Below are positions 27,512-41,800 of a DNA stretch of 64,000 bases, one piece after another. A model generated the notes under the pieces. The model saw only the letters and a program-made list of their open reading frames with translations, was not told the origin of the DNA and ran no database searches. Position 1 is the first letter of the stretch. The number at the start of each line of letters is the position of its first letter. The translations under genes and the position numbers were made by a program. Source of the stretch: Iphione sp. A-MEVVRFRX5 (taxonomy: Eukaryota); NCBI GenBank assembly GCA_976226885.1, contig OZ320315.1:63426001-63490000 (forward strand). Direction: 5' to 3'.

Positions 27512-30500
27512 TATGTCATTCTAATTCATTTGATTCCTCCAACAATGACACATTAAAGTAAGACATTACAGAGTCTGAAAGCAACGGAGCAAACGCCATT
27601 TACAAAGAGTTACATGAGTATCTTCCACGGCAGAGCAGCCTCGCCTGTAATTGTACATTGATAACGTTAAATGAGCCCGCTGCTAGGGAGACTAAGCCTA
27701 CATGAACATGAGCAGCCGGAGCATATGAGATAGATAATTACTGGAGCATGTAAACTAAGGCAACCATCCAGGTCCCTGGGGAATGTATGCCCTTGAGGCA
27801 GGCAGCCAGGACCAATCCCTGGCATACGGCCTTAATATGCTCGCCTATTCATAGAATGGCTGTCTTAAATGAGCTGCTTAGGGAATAGACCCTGTATCTA
27901 CTTGGTACATGTATTTATCTGAAATAGTTTTTCCTTTTTGAGGGGGGGTGGTGGCTTTGCAGGGTTGCTTTAAGATTTGTTGTGTGTAACCAAAGACAGA
28001 TGGAAACAATCACTCGTTTTGACGAATCATCTGTGAATGAAGATCCTTCATAACGAAGTTTTATTTGTGTATAAACTTTGTGGTATGATGCCACTTTTAC
28101 CAACCTGTAGCAGGAATAGGTAAAAGGGAGGGGAAATTGCAAACTCTACAGTTTTAAAACCCAACACATTTATGAATAAAAACAGAAATATCAGAAATGC
28201 CTTAAGTGATTTTATGATGTACCCCATATCATGAAATGGCCCACAACGAAGTGTTGCTTCATTAGAAGAGGTTTACTTGTACACAGACTTGTACACACTC
28301 TAGAAATGTTATGAAGACTATGAGCAATGCGATGTTAATTCATCAAGCAGCCGATTAAATTGGATCAATAATCTAAACACAGTTCTATTCTGATAACTAA
28401 TAACATTGTAATATTTTCCATCCAAATTGTTCATACAAAGCACAAGATGAAACCAGAGGAGATCTACCCAAGAAATAACAACAGGCGACAGTGCCCTGTG
28501 TGCAAGGCTGATATCGTAGTTCGTGAATGGGGAAGGATGTCACTATTGCTCCTTGTGCCAGGTGGGCACCTACCGTCATTTCTTATTGCCCGCATTAGTA
28601 CTCCTTCAAAGGGCATGTAGGGCTGGGTAAATGGGCGCCAAGACCCACGGGGCCGCCCAATCGGGCGTCACCTTCCTGGCGCCAGACGCCTCTACTAGAC
28701 CCGCAGAGTTGGCGCCTACAAGGGCGCCAAAACATTTTCCTTCCCGAAGCGCCAGGTCGACCCCGCTGATTGCTGCATGAATAATGGAGAGGTCACAAAT
28801 AGTTGAGCCAAATGAGTCGGTGTGGCAGGAGAGGGGCGGCATTGCACCAAATAGCAGAAGGGCGTACCTGTGGTTGGCTGAAAAACTCGGGGCGCCTTCT
28901 GGTGTTAACCAATAGATCATTTTTCATGGGTTTCCACTCGGGGTCCCTGGTGGGGCTTTCGGCTGGGTTTTTCTCTGGAAACCCTGGGTTGTAGATGGGC
29001 CTCTCTGAGTTGGGGAGTCCAATGACACAGATGTAAATGATGGGTATCTTTGCTTGTAACATAGGTAGTTTCCCCTCTGTGCAGGGTTGCGTTTCAATGA
29101 AACTCACTCTTAGCAAGTGTTTTAAATTGCGAATGTCGAGTGTTGCCTCGGAGTCCAAAAAGAACGTTTACCCAACATAGATTGCCTCTCTTTAAATAGA
29201 TGCAAAGTAGAAACAGCAGAAAGTGTGAACACAGTTACGACAATATTCATCAGGAGAATCCAGAGCAAGTCAGACAGCATTGCCGTATACGTGCTGTAGT
29301 CGTATGTTTTTGTAATTTGTAAGTCTCAAGGTCGACAGGGAGAATATTCCGGTCACATCGGCGCACGTGGGAAATCATTCTACGTCACCGCTTGCTATAT
29401 TTACCCCTTTGGCCTCAGTCTCACCTCGCCAGCGCCATGCAGTGTCTCTCAATGGCGGCTCCACTAATGAGACCGATAGGCCAGCAATGCGCAGGTCTTG
29501 TCAATTCGGTTCGTTAGACTTATATTAAATCCCCATACGTCGGCGAGGAACAAGTGCCAAGACGATGGACGTAATGAAGGCTACCAATACATTTTGTATA
29601 ATATACCAGCATGCTTTAGACAGTACATCTTATGCTGCGATACTGTGTCAGATACCTTAAGACCTGCACATGAACGATTCGGTGTGAGGGAAAGATATTT
29701 AACCATATTTTGTAACATACCCTGTGAGGGACCCTATTTTAAGTTGTGTTATCCACTTATCCGGATGAAAGATATCTGTTGAGGATAGATTTGATTTCAT
29801 GTCCATACATGGACGGGTATACCACCGTCTCACCGCCGTGTGATGTTCTGCATACTGTACAGTAAATACACAGCAAAATGTTCCTTAGACTGGCAAAAAC
29901 ATGTGACATTCATATGATGAAAATTTGTTCCAGTTCTTTGCACTCAACCTTTGGTCTCGTGCAGTACAGATAAACTCATACATCACACACCATTCACTGT
30001 CTAAATACTGTACAGTCGTATGCTTGAATAAAAATCATAAACCATACGGAATGGCAGGCGCACCTAAGTATATGTCCAGGAAACTGCATAACATTGCTTG
30101 AATCATAAAAACGCCAATGCCTCTATGGCTATTAAGCTGAACAGCTGCCTTGGCAATCGAAGTCTCCATTGCCATGTGCACGCAATCAATTCTCAGTCGA
30201 ATTAAAATGCTTACAAAAATCATTTCCAGCAACAAAAGTGCTACAAGCTGAAGGGTGCTACACCTGCTGGGAGAGGAGGGAGGGGGGATACTACTAACAG
30301 GCAGGAACAGCGATGTGTAGGAATAAAGCGAAAGGTGGGTATTTCTAGGGCGTTTAACCATATGTTGTTTTCTTTCTGATCGAACGCCAGCCAAAATGTA
30401 TCGCATGCGGGGAGCCCTCAAAAAGGTGGTTAAAGTTCGAAGCAGATACAGACGGTAATGCGGTATAATGGTCCAGAATATCAATCTAAATAGGCCTAGT

Positions 30501-33500
30501 TCCCTCCATGCTGGGCCCCCTCCCCCAGGCCTGATTCCCCCTAAAGCTGGAGAAATCGATGCCTGCTTGCATTTTGCATGGCCCCGATCGACAAGCATCT
30601 GTGTTAGTGAAGCTATTCACTGTCAACCTGCCGCATGCCGCCGAGCGCAGGGACATCCAATACCATGAGATATTTATAGCTCCTGTTATATTTCGGCCGA
30701 GGCCAATTCATATTGGCACCGCAAGCATTATTGGGGTTCTAGCACTGCTGTATGCTGTACAGAGGCTGTTGCTGCTATGGCTGCTCACTCCGCATAAATT
30801 ATACGTTCGAAAGTGTATGGTTTAATGCTGGGTGACCTATCACCTCTGGGCCATCAGTGCTCGTGTCTGTGATCCACTCAGTGCAGAGGGCATCTTTTTG
30901 GCACACCTCGCGATGATACAATATAAAGTAGACAAACCCTTCATGTTAATGCCACCCGAAGAAGACCTGCTGGTGGGCTTCATGACCATGCATGGGATAT
31001 ATTTTCGAGCCTGAAAATCACATGCTATGTCTTCCTTCATATGATGGGTCTAACGTCGCGAAGTGTGGATGTCAGTGCGCCAGAGTCTACCCTGTCTAAA
31101 AGACTACAGTTCGTCAGAGATTAATCTATGAGGTTTGCAACAAACACAGTAAGGATAGGCTCCCAGTCGGCCAGATTGTACTGTTCTTTTACATGACGCA
31201 CGTTTCCAATACAGATTTGCAAATTATATTCCTGTATAAATATGCGATTATATAATTTTGTGTACTATATTTACGTTGATATGTATAATTATGTGGACAA
31301 AATTTTAGTTTACCATCGAAAGGATATTCCTTTCTAAAATATCTTACTTAATATCTTACTTAATATTGTAGAGCTATGTTTAAGTTGATCCCAGTACCGT
31401 GAACATAACGATAGCTGAGCAGAAGGGTTTTGTACCTAGCTAGTTGAATCTGACTCCTGTCGACCTAGCACTGTAGAGGTAATGATATCTGGAAGGCAGC
31501 AATATATATTTCTATATAACTCTTAACCCGTGGACCCGACGTTGAACGTGTGATGAATTTTAAAAGAAAGAGTTTTACTACATATGTAAATGCGACCTTG
31601 AGTTCTTTCTAATGTAATTCCTAAGGGGGTAGTAATTTACCCATGTATGCAAATCTGATCCGAGTGGACCTGCTACTGTAAAGTTAACAGGGATGGAGGT
31701 CAAATAATGCCCATCTTTTCATGTTGTCCATGTTAAAATGATGGTAGCCATCAGGTTAAGTGCTAACGACGATTAATGGTTGTTCAAGGTTTTGTGCAAG
31801 CGCCTGCCAATTGGATGGGTTCGGGCGCCCTCTGGTGCTTATAGGTGGAAGAAGCCCATTCATTTTTGTAACAACGCTCCACAACACCACACACATACAA
31901 ATAAACACACAAACACTCATAAACTTAAATGTATTAATGTATCAATGTGAAGGCCGTCCTGGTAGACAGAGGCTTCGGAATAGCCATATTAGGACTCGCT
32001 CCTATCCCTCCTGGGAGGCGCTGCTTACTAGGCTAATAGAGCTGTCCCCATGGTTGGAGAACTTATATGCAAGGTGGTTTTAGCGACAATACTAGGTAAT
32101 ACATACAACACGTGTCGTGTGTATACATACAGTTTCTCCAGAATACACATGCCCACATATTTATCCAAGGTAGCAATTTTATCTTTATCACGCTCGAAAA
32201 CCACGCACACAATTATGTTAACGCTAACAAAGAGACATATTGAAACATATACAAACACACTAACTACTTACACAGACAGTCTAGGGTCAACCTTATCGCA
32301 CCAAAACACACATATGCACACACATGCACACATAGAGTATGAGTGGGCGTCGACTCTTCTGCGCCTCTGTTTTCAAATCGGTGAGGCCCTGAGGGACGGA
32401 CATGATTTCACTTTAAGCGCCTGCTTTCAGTGGCAGGCGGTCCCATATTGACACACACCCGAGTACACCTCAACAGAGGCCGTCCTTCCTGCAAGACTGA
32501 ACCGCCGTCAACAAACTGGCACCGACTACTAATTCGACCCTTCCTCCTACTCATCCTGCTCTTCCTCACAAAAGTCACTCTTTATTAAAACAACCTTGAA
32601 ACAAAAAGTTTCTTTTCTCAACCTGGCGGCGCTTAGGACGCATTTGGAAATGCCTAATTTGAAATTTAAGATCTTCGGAAAAGAAAAGGTTATTGAGATA
32701 ATTGTTCGAATAATTAAGAACTATATAATATTTATTAAATGGGCACTAGAGCACCTTCCTCCCCATCTCACGAAGTCTGTGGTGGTCTGTTTCGGTTTTT
32801 GTAGACATAATACAATTTGTTTTGCTCAATTTATTTTTTCATTTTGCGAAAACCCACGTTGATACTATCAGACCTTTCTATGTAGAAGAGGACGTTCATC
32901 GTTCTCAGATGCCTAGGTAGAATCTAAAATGTTTGACATATAAAAAAACAAGCAGTTTGCAGTGTGTCATTCAGTGCTTAAGACTGTCCTCCTATAAAGT
33001 TTCTGGTTGTTGTTTATGCGGTTCGTGTAGTTTATGACCGTGTAGGGACTCTTTCCCTGTAAAGTTTCTGCTTATCTTTAACTACATACAGTGGAGACTC
33101 AGTTAAAGACCGGATCACAAGGATGATCAAACCACGCGAGAGACCAGGATTTGTGCGACCAAATCATTCATTTCCGTCTATGTAGAGTATGTCTAGTGAA
33201 ACCAAACAATATTGATTTTTGTTAACAATATTGATAAATATTATAACTAATCTGTAAATTATATAATCAGACTTCAGACAACATGAAATCAACCTACATA
33301 CCTAATATTTTGGCGGTGATGTTACCCACTAATCTGCATGCCACGATAGCTATTGGTAGCCATTAATTTTCCTGGGTTGGCAGCAGTGAACACAACCTTT
33401 GATGTAATGTCTTGTTTGCAGTGCGCCAGCGAATACTCTAGTGGGAAGGGGTCACCTTGGCCAGCATGTTTGCAGCGCAAATCCTGTGGACAAGTATTGA

Positions 33501-33853
33501 TCTCTTCTCCTGCATAACTTGAACCTCCGAGGGCCACATTGTGTGTATTTCGTTGCATTTAGGTGGAATCTCACCTTCACAGACCGTGAAGCCCCATTTA
33601 TATTTGGCTGGTTTACTGGGTTATTTTCTTTGAACATAGACACATCCATAAAAATTTTTGTATGTCTTGTGACATGTCACCATCCAACAGATATGCTTTA
33701 TATTATGTACCTGTAGGGTTCATAAGAACATATCATTTTTCAAAATTGTTTGAACAAAGTTCAATGGAAGTTTGTTCTATCATGGTTCTCTCTCTCACAC
33801 TCTTTTTCCTTTTTTGTGTGTGTTAATCACGTTGCAAGAGAGGGGACGACGGG

Positions 33854-33978
33854 TTTAACTACGAAATTGAGTGAAAAGTCCCCAGGTTTCGACACGATAG
33901 CCCGAGGGATGGGCCGATAGGCCCATCCCGAGGGATGAGTGTTGAAACCTGGACTTTTCACGAAATGTAGTGGTTAAA
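33854..33978 (+). mobile_element. Long imperfect hairpin with GA/GA mismatches; probable end of a decayed non-autonomous Crypton-like element
   Basis: GTGAAAAGT..AGGTTTC..CAC-GA..CCC-GA-GGGATGGGCC-[GATA]-GGCCCATCCC-GA-GGG..GA-GTG..GAAACCT..ACTTTTCAC-GA. It is followed by CCGCCATCTT (34128-34137) and CCAATCA (34160-34166), the same motif order as in the array elements. Confidence 0.6.
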
Positions 33979-36659
33979 TTCGGTTCTAAAATGGTTATAT
34001 TTGAACTAATATTATAAGTAATATAATATTATAACTAACCTTTTACATGGCTTAAATTATCCATATTTTGCCCTTTGAAGTGGTTCCCCTACCACGTACA
34101 GCTGCTTCCCTCCATTTTCAAAACAAACCGCCATCTTAGTGTCATGTGACCTCTCTCATCCAATCAGATTTCAGGAAATGCAATGAATATTGATTACTCC
34201 CTCCTTGACCAATGAGCTACCACGTTCTGCTCTAATGAATATTTATACAGTGACTAGTCCACGGTTTCAATATGTTTCTTCAATGTTGCGAGTATTGCGG
34301 CGTCACGCCGAACCATTTTAGAACATTCCTTCAAGGCTGTGATGGAATCGATCTAAGACTCGCATGTAAAAAGGAAACAGGCATTGGCTGGCATCACTTG
34401 TCACTAAAAGCCATCGGACAAGCCGAGACGAGGTTATCTGGGAATCAGTACCCCACCAGCTCGGCACCGAAGCCTTATTCCGTCCCCATCCGATTCCTAA
34501 GCCTTTCAGAAACATCCTGCCCTCTACAATACCAAATAGCTCTGCCACCCTTGCACCAGACAGGTAAAGAAAGGATTGGGAGCGCTTGCCATGTAGGAGA
34601 ACAGGCCAAACGTCGCCATGGCAACGTGTGGAAACTCAAATGTTTGCAATGTGACGTGGTATTTGGTGGAGCTATCACTTTGGCTATCGAGGCACCGGAT
34701 GTAGCTTCTGCAAATTTTGATCTTTTCTAAAAGTGCCGCTTTCTTATGTAGCCACCTCAGAAAGCTGAGTCAGCTTCATCACCGGCCTGACTCTGATTTG
34801 TCCGTCTGTGTGTTTGTGTGTCTGTCTGTCTCCCTCCCATCCACGCCCTCTTTTTACTTGCATCTCGTTCACCCCTTGAGATTTTTCTGTGTCACGTTCC
34901 CGTTTTCTCCTTCTTTTACGGAAACACACACGCACATACACGCGTAAACACACACAAGAACACACAGCGGTGTGGGACTTTTAATACATGCTGGTCTATC
35001 ACCTGACAAACAGTGCAAATACAAAAATTTCAATTATCCCTACCGTACATGCCATACATATAGAATTTTTTCTTAATTGGGGACCGATCTCAGCAGAGTT
35101 AACAAGAATAGTTGTCAACGTTAATTTCTGTAAAGTAGGGATAATGATATCACTGTAGATAATTATGTGCTTCTAAAAAAGAAGAGATACAACGTAGAAG
35201 GGCAGTACACGTTTTACCCTTGCAAATGCACTCGATATGTCAAAAGAAATATAAAGTAAGAGAGAAACACTGGAAGAGTCTTAGAGGTTTTATTTACTTT
35301 TAAAGGTGACTGTCTGTCGTCATATTTGGGGAGACGCACAGACGCCCTCTCAGGAGAGATAGAAAACGAATAAGCGTGCGCAAAATACAGCAAGCTGTCT
35401 CTGGCAGAGCCCAAGGACACCAGCGCCACCTACCGAAGTTGGTGTCATGCTGGCAACACGTCGGGTAGATTAATTTACCCCCCCCAGTAGGTGTCCCTGC
35501 GATCGATCGCTGTTGCCCTAGGCTCTTTTTTCAGCCCCCACCGTTTGCCGTGCCCCCTCCCATCCAATCCCCCCTAACAGGTAGGTAGGTAGGTTGGCGG
35601 CAGCAGGGGTGTTCGTGGTTGGTTGGCAGAGGCTGGCGGCAGAAAAACGACGCGTTTGGTGAAGAGTATTATTTCCACAGTGATTTTTTTCTCTTTCACC
35701 TTCACTCTGACCTTCATGTCTGGGATGATGCTAAGCATCTGGAGCGTGGTAATCCTTCTACCTGCTTCCAACCTTGCAACTGGAGGACTGAAAAGGTAGG
35801 TCGGAGAGGGGAAGGTGTATCTGTGTGACTTTATTTTGGCAATCCGTTCTCAAAATTGGTTTTATCTATCATGCTGCAACAATCCATATATATTCATGCG
35901 CTGACGTCTAGCGTGTCGGAAACAAAGGTTGCTAAACTGATAATATCCTTTTAATGACGATCATATTTCTACTAGTTAGCCGTCCAGTTGGTCAGGCTAT
36001 TTACTTTCAGAGTCGATATAGCTGGGATGTGTAGAAATGACTCCTGAGAGTTAACAATATCGCCGGACAAAGATTTTTCCATGTTCCTTCAGTTTAGTCA
36101 ATCTATATACCCATATCTTAAATTATTTCGTCAGTTTTTAAAGTTACTCCTCTAACCTTCAAAGTGACACAGAAACCCAAGTGGAGAGTTGTACGAACTA
36201 ATGTCAACCAGCGATTTAAATACGATTCAGTAAACCAGTGTTTCAGTTAACAGCTAAAACGGAAATAAATTGAAAGCTAGACTCACGTTCTCCTCGCTTA
36301 TGATCTTTTTCTTCTGAGACCTACATAGTATATTCGATGAAAAAGGTTTCTTTTAATCTCCTTTGTTCGCTGCTGACAACCCTGAGTGGATTGCACGGTT
36401 TTTAGCTCTACTCAATATTTAGTCCAGATACTTGTGTGTGGAGAAAGTTAAACTGAGAGAGAGAGGGGGGAGGGAGGGAGGGGAGGAGGGTGGGAGGGAT
36501 TTAGAGAGGGAGGGAGGGAGGAAAGGAGGGAGAGGGGAATTGTTTTGTGATCAGACAATGTTCCTTTGGGGAATACATGTACCGTAGAATCCCGCCACAA
36601 CGGACATCGACGGGACTGGCACCAGGTCGTCCGTTGTCGGGGGTGTCCGCTGTGGCCGA

Positions 36660-36800
36660 GCTGTTGTAGGGGTATGTTGAAGATGATAGATTGGAGGTTG
36701 GTAGTTGTAGAGGGAATGTCTGCTGTGGTAGAGGGTATGTTCAAGGTGGTAAAGTAGAGGTTGGTAGTGGTAGAGCGGAGGTTGGCTGTGGTAGAGTGGA
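36660..36800. repeat. Degenerate minisatellite, unit about 21 bp (GGTAGAG/GGTTGG motifs)
   Basis: Recurring gtggtagag/gaggttggtag units; explains the T-rich peptide of ORF 36448..37113. Confidence 0.55.
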
Positions 36801-38019
36801 GGATCAGCTTGACTTGGTCTTCTAGAGAAAACATAACCCTCTTCTCAGGCATGGTGAATGGAGAAGGAACACTGAAGGGTGGGCAGCGGCAGAGGAAAGA
36901 GCGGCAATGGCAAACTGAAGGGCAGGCAACGACAAAGGAATGAACGGCAATGACAGACTGAAGGGCGTTGGGGCCCCTAAGGTGTGATGGAAACCTCCTC
37001 CAGAGTGACGAGAAGGGGTCGCGCCTTCTCCAGAGAGGGTGGGCGTCCACTGTAGACCTCTTAAAATCAGTGTTAGGAACTGTCCAGGGACTGTCCGAAG
37101 TCGCGGTGTCCACTGTCCCTGAGTGTCTGCTGTGTCCGGGCTCCCTTAAACATGATTTAAAGGGGTTTTGTAAGGGACTGAAGCCAGGGCGTCCGTTGTG
37201 AGGGGCGTCTGCTGTGGCCGGGGATCCGTAATCAGGGGTTATCCTGTACTAGGATCAGTTGAAGGACAGGGTAAGACTCAAACTAAGGAAGGAGACTCCA
37301 CAGTGCACATAGTGCGAAGAAAATACGGGCAGCTTTGAGCTGGATCTAGCATTTAGGGAATGAACAGATCGGGCGTGTCATTCCTCCTTCCTCCTCAGCT
37401 GCTCATTGTAAACCATTGCCGATCCGTGCCAGTATCTTGCCGCCTTTGTCAGTCTAGCCGCTGTTTGCTCTGACCAGGCAGCAAAGGTAGGCATGATTGC
37501 TGCCTACGTTCTAATACCTCCTCCTGACAGCCCCCTTACGCGCCCCTGACAAACAGACACAGAGGGCCATGAGGTCTGTAGAAGTAGCTGTAGATAGAGT
37601 GGGGTGGTAGTGGTGAGGCTTGCGGGGGTAGGGGAGTTCTTGTAGTAGTGGCGGCTCGCGGTTGTACGGGCGATGGTCAAGTGTCAGCCGCACTCGCTGG
37701 AGCTTCGATGGAGAGCCCCAGCGAGCAGTTCCGAGCAGATTGAATTAATCGTGCCCTGGGATCTCCAAGTGGCTCCGCCTGGCGGAATAGAGCTGTGAGC
37801 TGCTCAAGCACCCTCGTTGCTTCTCACACTAGTAGTTCATTACAGGCACTGATTGTGGCAGCCAGGACCAGGACCACCTCACCCCGGCTGACCTCTTCTC
37901 ATAGTGAAATATCGACGCAACTTTTCCTCACTCTGTGCACAATCCGTCGAGGTCTCCCACTGCCGACCAGGAGAACCTCCACTCCAACCGTCTGATCATC
38001 TCTCTTCCTGCTAACCAAT

Positions 38020-38400
38020 TGCTCCTAAGGCAACCAAGTTCCACCCAGTAGACCAACACCCACCCAGGTGACCAATGCCCATACAGCAGACCAACTCCAC
38101 CCATTAGGTGAACTCCAACCTAGCAGAGCAACTCCTATATAATAGACCGCATCCCACCCATTAGACCAACTACCATCCATTAAAGCAACTCCCAGTCAAA
38201 AGGCCATCACCGAGTAGAATACTACTATACTAACCACTCACACCCAGTAGATAATCTCCATTTAAACAAATCCTACCCAATTGCCTAACCCTCACCCAGT
38301 CGACCAACCATTACCTAGTAGGCTAACTCCCATCTAGTAGACCAATGCGCACTAAGTGAACTCTATCCCATCCATTAGGCCCACGCAGGCCAAATAAACC
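38020..38400. repeat. Old degenerate minisatellite, unit about 20 bp (CACCCAGTAGACCAAC-like)
   Basis: Repeated cacccagtag/agaccaac variants at roughly 20-bp spacing. Confidence 0.6.
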
Positions 38401-38846
38401 ACCTCTGACCTATCTGACCAATACCAATCTTGCTGAGCACGTCAACAGTCCCACCCGTTCAAACCATCTCCTAACCAGTCGTCTAAGTCCCCCACAACTC
38501 CATGCTCTACCCCAGCTGTCTAAGCCCGATCCATCCATCCAAGCTACCACCCAGTCTTTCGTCTGTGCTAGCGTCTGTGTAACCATCACATCCTCACTGA
38601 GTCGTGCAGGCCAGGACACAAACAGGCGGCAGTCAATCCGGCCTCCAGTTTCCATTTCTTCCTCACCTCCTTTCATCCGACCCATTTCTGAAAGACCTGC
38701 TCAACCAGCAAGATGCAAAGCCTCCAGTCCCGGATTAACGCTCAGCCTTCAGGTCAGCGAGCGCACCTGCTCCTTCTGTGGAGTTATTTGAATTTGAGCT
38801 GTCCAGAGTTTGTTTAATTGACTCGCACTGCCGCTTGCCTCAGGAA

Positions 38847-38870
38847 GAGGAGGAGGAGGAGGAGGAGGAG
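38847..38870. repeat. (GAG)8 trinucleotide repeat
   Basis: Read directly from the sequence. Confidence 0.9.
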
Positions 38871-41800
38871 GACGAGGAGGGACTGGAGAAAGACTGGCGG
38901 CCTAAAAGAAATGATATTGGTTTTATTTGTTCACGCCTCATTTGTCCTCTATTAGCCGCAGCAGTATTGGAGTGCTATTTACAAGGAATCCAAGGTCTTA
39001 GCCGGACGGGCTAAGCAGTGCAGTGATGTTAGGCTGTTGGCTCATGCGAGTGATTTATTAGCATAACCCTACATAGATGAACAGACAAGCTTTAGGATTA
39101 CATCCAAGGTTTTCCTGTTAAGCCTAATCTAGCCTTTAGGCCGCTTGTCTACATGTTCTTTCTTCCACATGTCCCTGCTTTCGGTACGTAAGCGGAAAAC
39201 CTGGACGCTTGTCTGGGAGAATCAGAATGCACAGCGTGTGGTTTCCTCTTTCCTGAATGGTTACTATAGTAGTGTTTGTAGCATGCATTAATGCAGAAAA
39301 AGCCTGCATGTGTGATCAAACAGCTTCAGTCAAACACAAAGGGAGAAGTGTTTTAATGTAAAGTCAATGTCCACCACAAAAAAACACCCTGCCCTTTTTT
39401 ACTTAATCTCAACTATTTGTTTATTTCTTCTCAAAAAAGAAAGAAACTGGATTGAACCTGTGCCTTAGATTAATCGACACGGCTCCCGGAGGGGGGTGGG
39501 TGCCAACTATAGAATGACAGCCACTCCAGTCGCAAGGCTGGCAACAACCAGTTTATCTACTTGCTGGGTAGTTTGCTCAGGGAAATCTTATTTACCTGGC
39601 CTTTCTCAGCGCCAACCATCGGTCTGTAGAGACTCTGGGGGCTGCGGTTATTTTTAGAGCATGGACGCAGAAGAGAAGGTGCAGCCAAGACGGTTGTTTC
39701 CAATCGATTGCTTGCCATTGGGTATAGTTCTTTCACTGATCGGGCCAGACTGGATTTGAGCCAAGATGAGTCACAGCTTGGCCCGGAATAAGCACACCAC
39801 TTCGATATTTAGTAGAATTTAGTCAGTAATTGTGTGCCTAAACGAAATTACAGCAAGTCTCTCAGTCTCATGTATTTTGAGGCCTTAGTGAGTGGACGTA
39901 TTGGAAAGAGTGTTCTGTATATATATGTATTTTTTATTTAGAATTCCGTTGATTGTTACGAACCATTCAGCTCCATTAGTCAACATGTCCATTACAACAA
40001 TCTCTCTCAGATTCAGTCTGGGAATAGTGGATAGTGGACTCACCGCGTATATATACAACTGTATATAAATATATAGAAAGGGATTCATTACTTTGTTAAA
40101 GGTTCCCCTTGCGGGTCAGCAGGTCGGTTAGGTGTGGGCAATTGCATTCTGTAGCTGGAATTTAATAGGGAGAGACTGAGGCTTGAGTCTGGTCAAGAGT
40201 TCACATTATTGCACTCACATATACCTACATATTTTATAGGCTTTACACACATAGATTCGGACATTTCAGAAAACACAACGAAAGGTTCACTGTACTCCAG
40301 GAAATAATCTTCCTGTTGAGTGCTTGGTTATTAGGTCATGAGTTCGCAGATCAATCAAACTAACTTGATTATCTATGATAATGTTACTGCAGTGCCTCTG
40401 GGTGAAAAGAAGCAAGAAAGGTCCTCAAGCGGCTAGTTTCCCAATGTAAGCCAAGCCTTGAGGCTGGGATACACCAGACGATTTTCTTCAAGGAGACTGG
40501 TGCTAGCCGATGGATTGCCATAAAAAAGCCCAGACATGTTCGATATTCATCCAACCGGACTCAGGTCAACAGGCTGCAGTTGCCTGGCTGTGGTACTCGA
40601 TTTATTCCCTTAAATAGAGTCACATACCTTTGGTACTAAAGGCTTATTTCTTTTTGTTTCTTTTGTCACGACGAAAGCCCTTGTGCGCAAACCGCTTTCT
40701 CTTCAGTTTCCACCAGTCCCAGGCAAATATATAAGTGTAGGCAACCCACCAGACCTTTCCACTTCCATCTCCACCAACCCGCCAGTATCCACCAGTATCC
40801 CCATCTCCACAGAAAACCATCTCCAAAGGAAAACTCTCCTACTTTCCCTACTATCTCCTGCAACAACCACCTCCCCACTTCCTTCACCGCCGCCTGCAAC
40901 CAGCCCAAGAAGTAACAGCCTCGCCTTTTGTTAGAGAGCAGTTGAGGCAGACTATAGTGTGGCTGGAAGTGGTCTCCCCCTCAGTCACTCCAGGCTCATG
41001 TGGCACTATTACTGGCCTGACATGTTGGAAATTAAAGACGTCCACTTAAGCTGTAAGGCGGCTCTCTGGGGCCCACCGCGTATACATTAGTGTCCTTTTA
41101 AATCCCCAAGCGAAACACAACGTTTCCATTAACATCGCTGAGGCGCTTTCGGGCACCTTCGCTTAGAAATCTTTAACATTTTACGGAAACTTAGCCTGAA
41201 TACCAACTAGGCCAGCCTAGCTATAGGAAAGAAGCGGCTTCATATAAGGATAACCATGCGAGGAGGAATGGCAAGGGTTTATGCTGTTTTTAGCGCATTT
41301 TCAACAGCTGTTCTGATACGAAGCCATCATGTCCATTATATCCATATGACGAGATTCATTTTTCGGGATTTGCCCTCACCTTATGACCTTTTCTTATTGT
41401 TTGTTTTTGAAAATCATTTTAATCACTGTTTCGCCTCCGTTTGCAAGAGCATCTTATTTTCATGCTATCTGTAATTCTGTTTTTATCGTCTCTCTTTGTC
41501 AATGAAACCACTAACTAAATTCCTACACACAACTTACACGAAACCTGTTCCTTAAAAAAAGTGACAGTATTTCATTTGGTCAAATAATTTGTTTATCCTC
41601 TTAAATTATGATAAATCTATATCCGAAACCCAGCCATCAATCCTCTTACTGAGACCAAGACAACCCTTACGCTAATCAAATATGTCATAACCAACATGAA
41701 CCACGATAATCCTGTGTCACGATCCATTTCTGCTGTGATAAACTACAAGAGTCCTTTTTCTAACCATGAGACAGTTTTTAAACCAGAATACACCGTATAA

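Noticed and set aside
30035-30598. 187-aa minus-strand ORF
   Set aside because: No recognisable domain, splice structure or coding-like composition.
34272-34730. 152-aa ORF after the 33854 hairpin
   Set aside because: No recombinase or other recognisable motifs, so it cannot be supported as coding.
35716-35795. Signal-peptide-like reading MSGMMLSIWSVVILLPASNLATGGLK followed by a GTAGGT donor
   Set aside because: No promoter evidence or downstream exon; short hydrophobic frames arise by chance.
39735-39805. tRNA-like A/B boxes on the minus strand
   Set aside because: Boxes are degenerate and no cloverleaf forms; at most a decayed SINE head.
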